From Actinomycetes bacterium (lineage in GTDB: Bacteria; Actinomycetota; Actinomycetes; JACCUZ01): 64,000 nt of DNA. Location of the stretch: contig JBBRVW010000018.1 of the NCBI GenBank assembly GCA_038246545.1, positions 6,490-70,489 on the forward strand, in the 5' to 3' direction. The position numbers and the translations under genes are program-made. This document shows positions 62,516 through 64,000 of the stretch, piece by piece (position 1 is the stretch's first letter; every line of letters begins with the position of its first letter). The notes beneath the pieces are model-generated. The model did not search any database and was not told the origin of the DNA. It was given only the letters and a program-made list of their open reading frames with translations.

Positions 62516-63039
62516 CTCGTGGCCCCGGCGAAGGCCTCGGTGTCCGGCTCCACCCGGCTCGCGACGGCGAGCACCCCGGGGACGACGAAAGCGCTGAGCA
62601 CCACGTCGTAGAGCACCGCGGTGGGCAGCAGGTCCGTGACCGCCCCCCAGGTGATGTTCGGATCGTCCATCAGGGCGCCGAGTCCGGCGAAGAGCAGCAC
62701 CGACGACGCGCCCGCGGCGCCGACCACGACGAGCGGCACGAACGCGGACCGCCGGGTCTCGCCGCGCGCGGCACCGGCGAGGTAGCCGACCAGGGTCAGG
62801 ACCAGCGCCCACCGGCCGACCTCGTGGTCGGCGGGCGGGACGAGGTCAGCGGCCAGCCCGGCGCCGAAGCCCACGCCCAGGCCGAAGGCCGGCCCGTAGG
62901 CCAGGGCCAGCGCGAGGACCACCAGCAGCAGCAGGTCGGGCGTCGCGCCGGGGAGCCGGAGCCGGGCCAGGAGCGTCACCTGCACGGCCAGCGCCACCAC
63001 GACCAGCAGCGCGGCCAGCAGCACGCGAGCGGGCGGCAT
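62512..63039 (-). CDS. mreD: rod shape-determining protein MreD
   Basis: Small polytopic membrane protein immediately downstream of mreC (ATGA overlap). Confidence 0.7.
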   Translation of the reverse strand: MPPARVLLAALLVVVALAVQVTLLARLRLPGATPDLLLLVVLALALAYGPAFGLGVGFGAGLAADLVPPADHEVGRWALVLTLVGYLAGAARGETRRSAFVPLVVVGAAGASSVLLFAGLGALMDDPNITWGAVTDLLPTAVLYDVVLSAFVVPGVLAVASRVEPDTEAFAGATR

Positions 63040-63977
63040 CAGCCGGACCCGGACGCCTGGGGCGTCGCGGTGACGGTCACGGTGACGGTGGGCGTCGGGG
63101 TCGCGGCCGGCTTGGGCGGCAGCACCGAGTCGCGCGGTTCCTTGCGCGGCGGCTCGACGACGACACCGACCAGGTCGAGCGAGGTGAAGTCGACGTACGG
63201 CGAGACGACGGCGGTGCGGGTCTGCGAGCCCGGCGAGCCGCTCACGGTGACGACGCGTCCGACCGGCACACCGGGGACGTACGGAGTGTCGCCCTGCGAC
63301 CCGAAGGTGACCAGCCGGTCGCCCGGCGCCACGGTGGACTGGCCGTCGAGCAGCCGCAGGTCGAGGTCGCCCTGGTCGCGGATGCCCTGACCGGTCGTGA
63401 AGCCGACCTCCAGCGAGGCCTCCAGCCGCACCCCCACCGACGACTCCGGGTCGACGGCGAGCAGCACCGTGGAGGTCGTCGGACCGACTGTCTTGACCCG
63501 CCCGACCAGGCCGTCGCCGTCGAGGACGGTCATGTCGGGTCGGATGCCGTCGCGGGAGCCGGCATCGAGGGTGACGGTCCACGAGAACGTCTGGGCCGCG
63601 CCGACGGCGATGACCCGGGCCGGCACGATCCGGTACTGCCCGGCACCGGCGACCTTGAGCAGGTCGTCGAGCTCCTGGCCCCGCGAGCGGTCCAGAGCCC
63701 CGGTCCGCAGCCGGCGGCGAAGCTCCTTGTTCTGCCGGTCGAGCCGCGCCGCCTCGTCCCGGCCGTCGCCGAGCCCGCTCACCCCCTCGACGGCGTCCGA
63801 GACCGGCTTCGCGATCGCCGCCGCGACCCGCTCCACCGGCCCGAAGAGCGTGGCGGCGAAGGACCGCACACCGTTGAGCGGCGAGTCGTCCCCGCCGCGG
63901 TAGTCGATGGTGATGAGGCTGACCGAGGTGACGAGGAGCAGCGCCAGCAGGACCCGGGTGCGCCGGGTGTCGTTCAT
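63039..63977 (-). CDS. mreC: rod shape-determining protein MreC
   Basis: N-terminal TM helix, coiled coil, MreC beta domain, C-terminal Pro/Thr-rich tail. Confidence 0.85.
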   Translation of the reverse strand: MNDTRRTRVLLALLLVTSVSLITIDYRGGDDSPLNGVRSFAATLFGPVERVAAAIAKPVSDAVEGVSGLGDGRDEAARLDRQNKELRRRLRTGALDRSRGQELDDLLKVAGAGQYRIVPARVIAVGAAQTFSWTVTLDAGSRDGIRPDMTVLDGDGLVGRVKTVGPTTSTVLLAVDPESSVGVRLEASLEVGFTTGQGIRDQGDLDLRLLDGQSTVAPGDRLVTFGSQGDTPYVPGVPVGRVVTVSGSPGSQTRTAVVSPYVDFTSLDLVGVVVEPPRKEPRDSVLPPKPAATPTPTVTVTVTATPQASGSG

Positions 63978-64000
63978 CTCGCGCCGCGCGGAGACATCAC

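Overview
This is a high-GC actinobacterial chromosomal segment. Gene order resembles the Mycobacterium/Nocardioides-type core backbone (Mycobacterium tuberculosis, Mtb), and almost all genes are on the minus strand.

Most of the window is conserved housekeeping operons:
- leuA (partial), the phoH-ybeY-corC-era block, and the hrcA-dnaJ-rsmE heat-shock operon with a CIRCE operator.
- hemW, an acyl-CoA synthetase, lepA, rpsT, holA, comEC/comEA, degV and leuS.
- A tRNA-Ala(GGC), then gpgP-like, rsfS, a LytR_C protein and nadD.
- proB-obg-rpmA-rplU-rne, a TIGR03960/TIGR03936 radical-SAM pair, and rodA-pbp2-mreD-mreC.

The accessory content is, in order along the window:
1. Two tandem paralogous double-GNAT acetyltransferases next to an orphan anti-sigma HATPase.
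2. An ECF sigma / GerMN anti-sigma module.
3. A block between lepA and rpsT holding two tandem APH-type phosphotransferase paralogs and two tandem M6 (immune-inhibitor-A-like) metalloproteases.
4. A single-chain STAS-HATPase fusion next to a GGDEF cyclase.
5. A small decayed integrative element at tRNA-Ala. It has about 100-bp imperfect direct repeats that include the tRNA 3' half, a doubly frameshifted tyrosine integrase, an intact DUF389 membrane gene and a fragmented transporter.
6. comEC appears frameshifted.

No CRISPR arrays or rRNA genes were seen. Many long antisense ORFs in the supplied track are GC-driven artefacts. Coordinates were checked by hand against the sequence lines; gene starts are uncertain by a few codons where stated.
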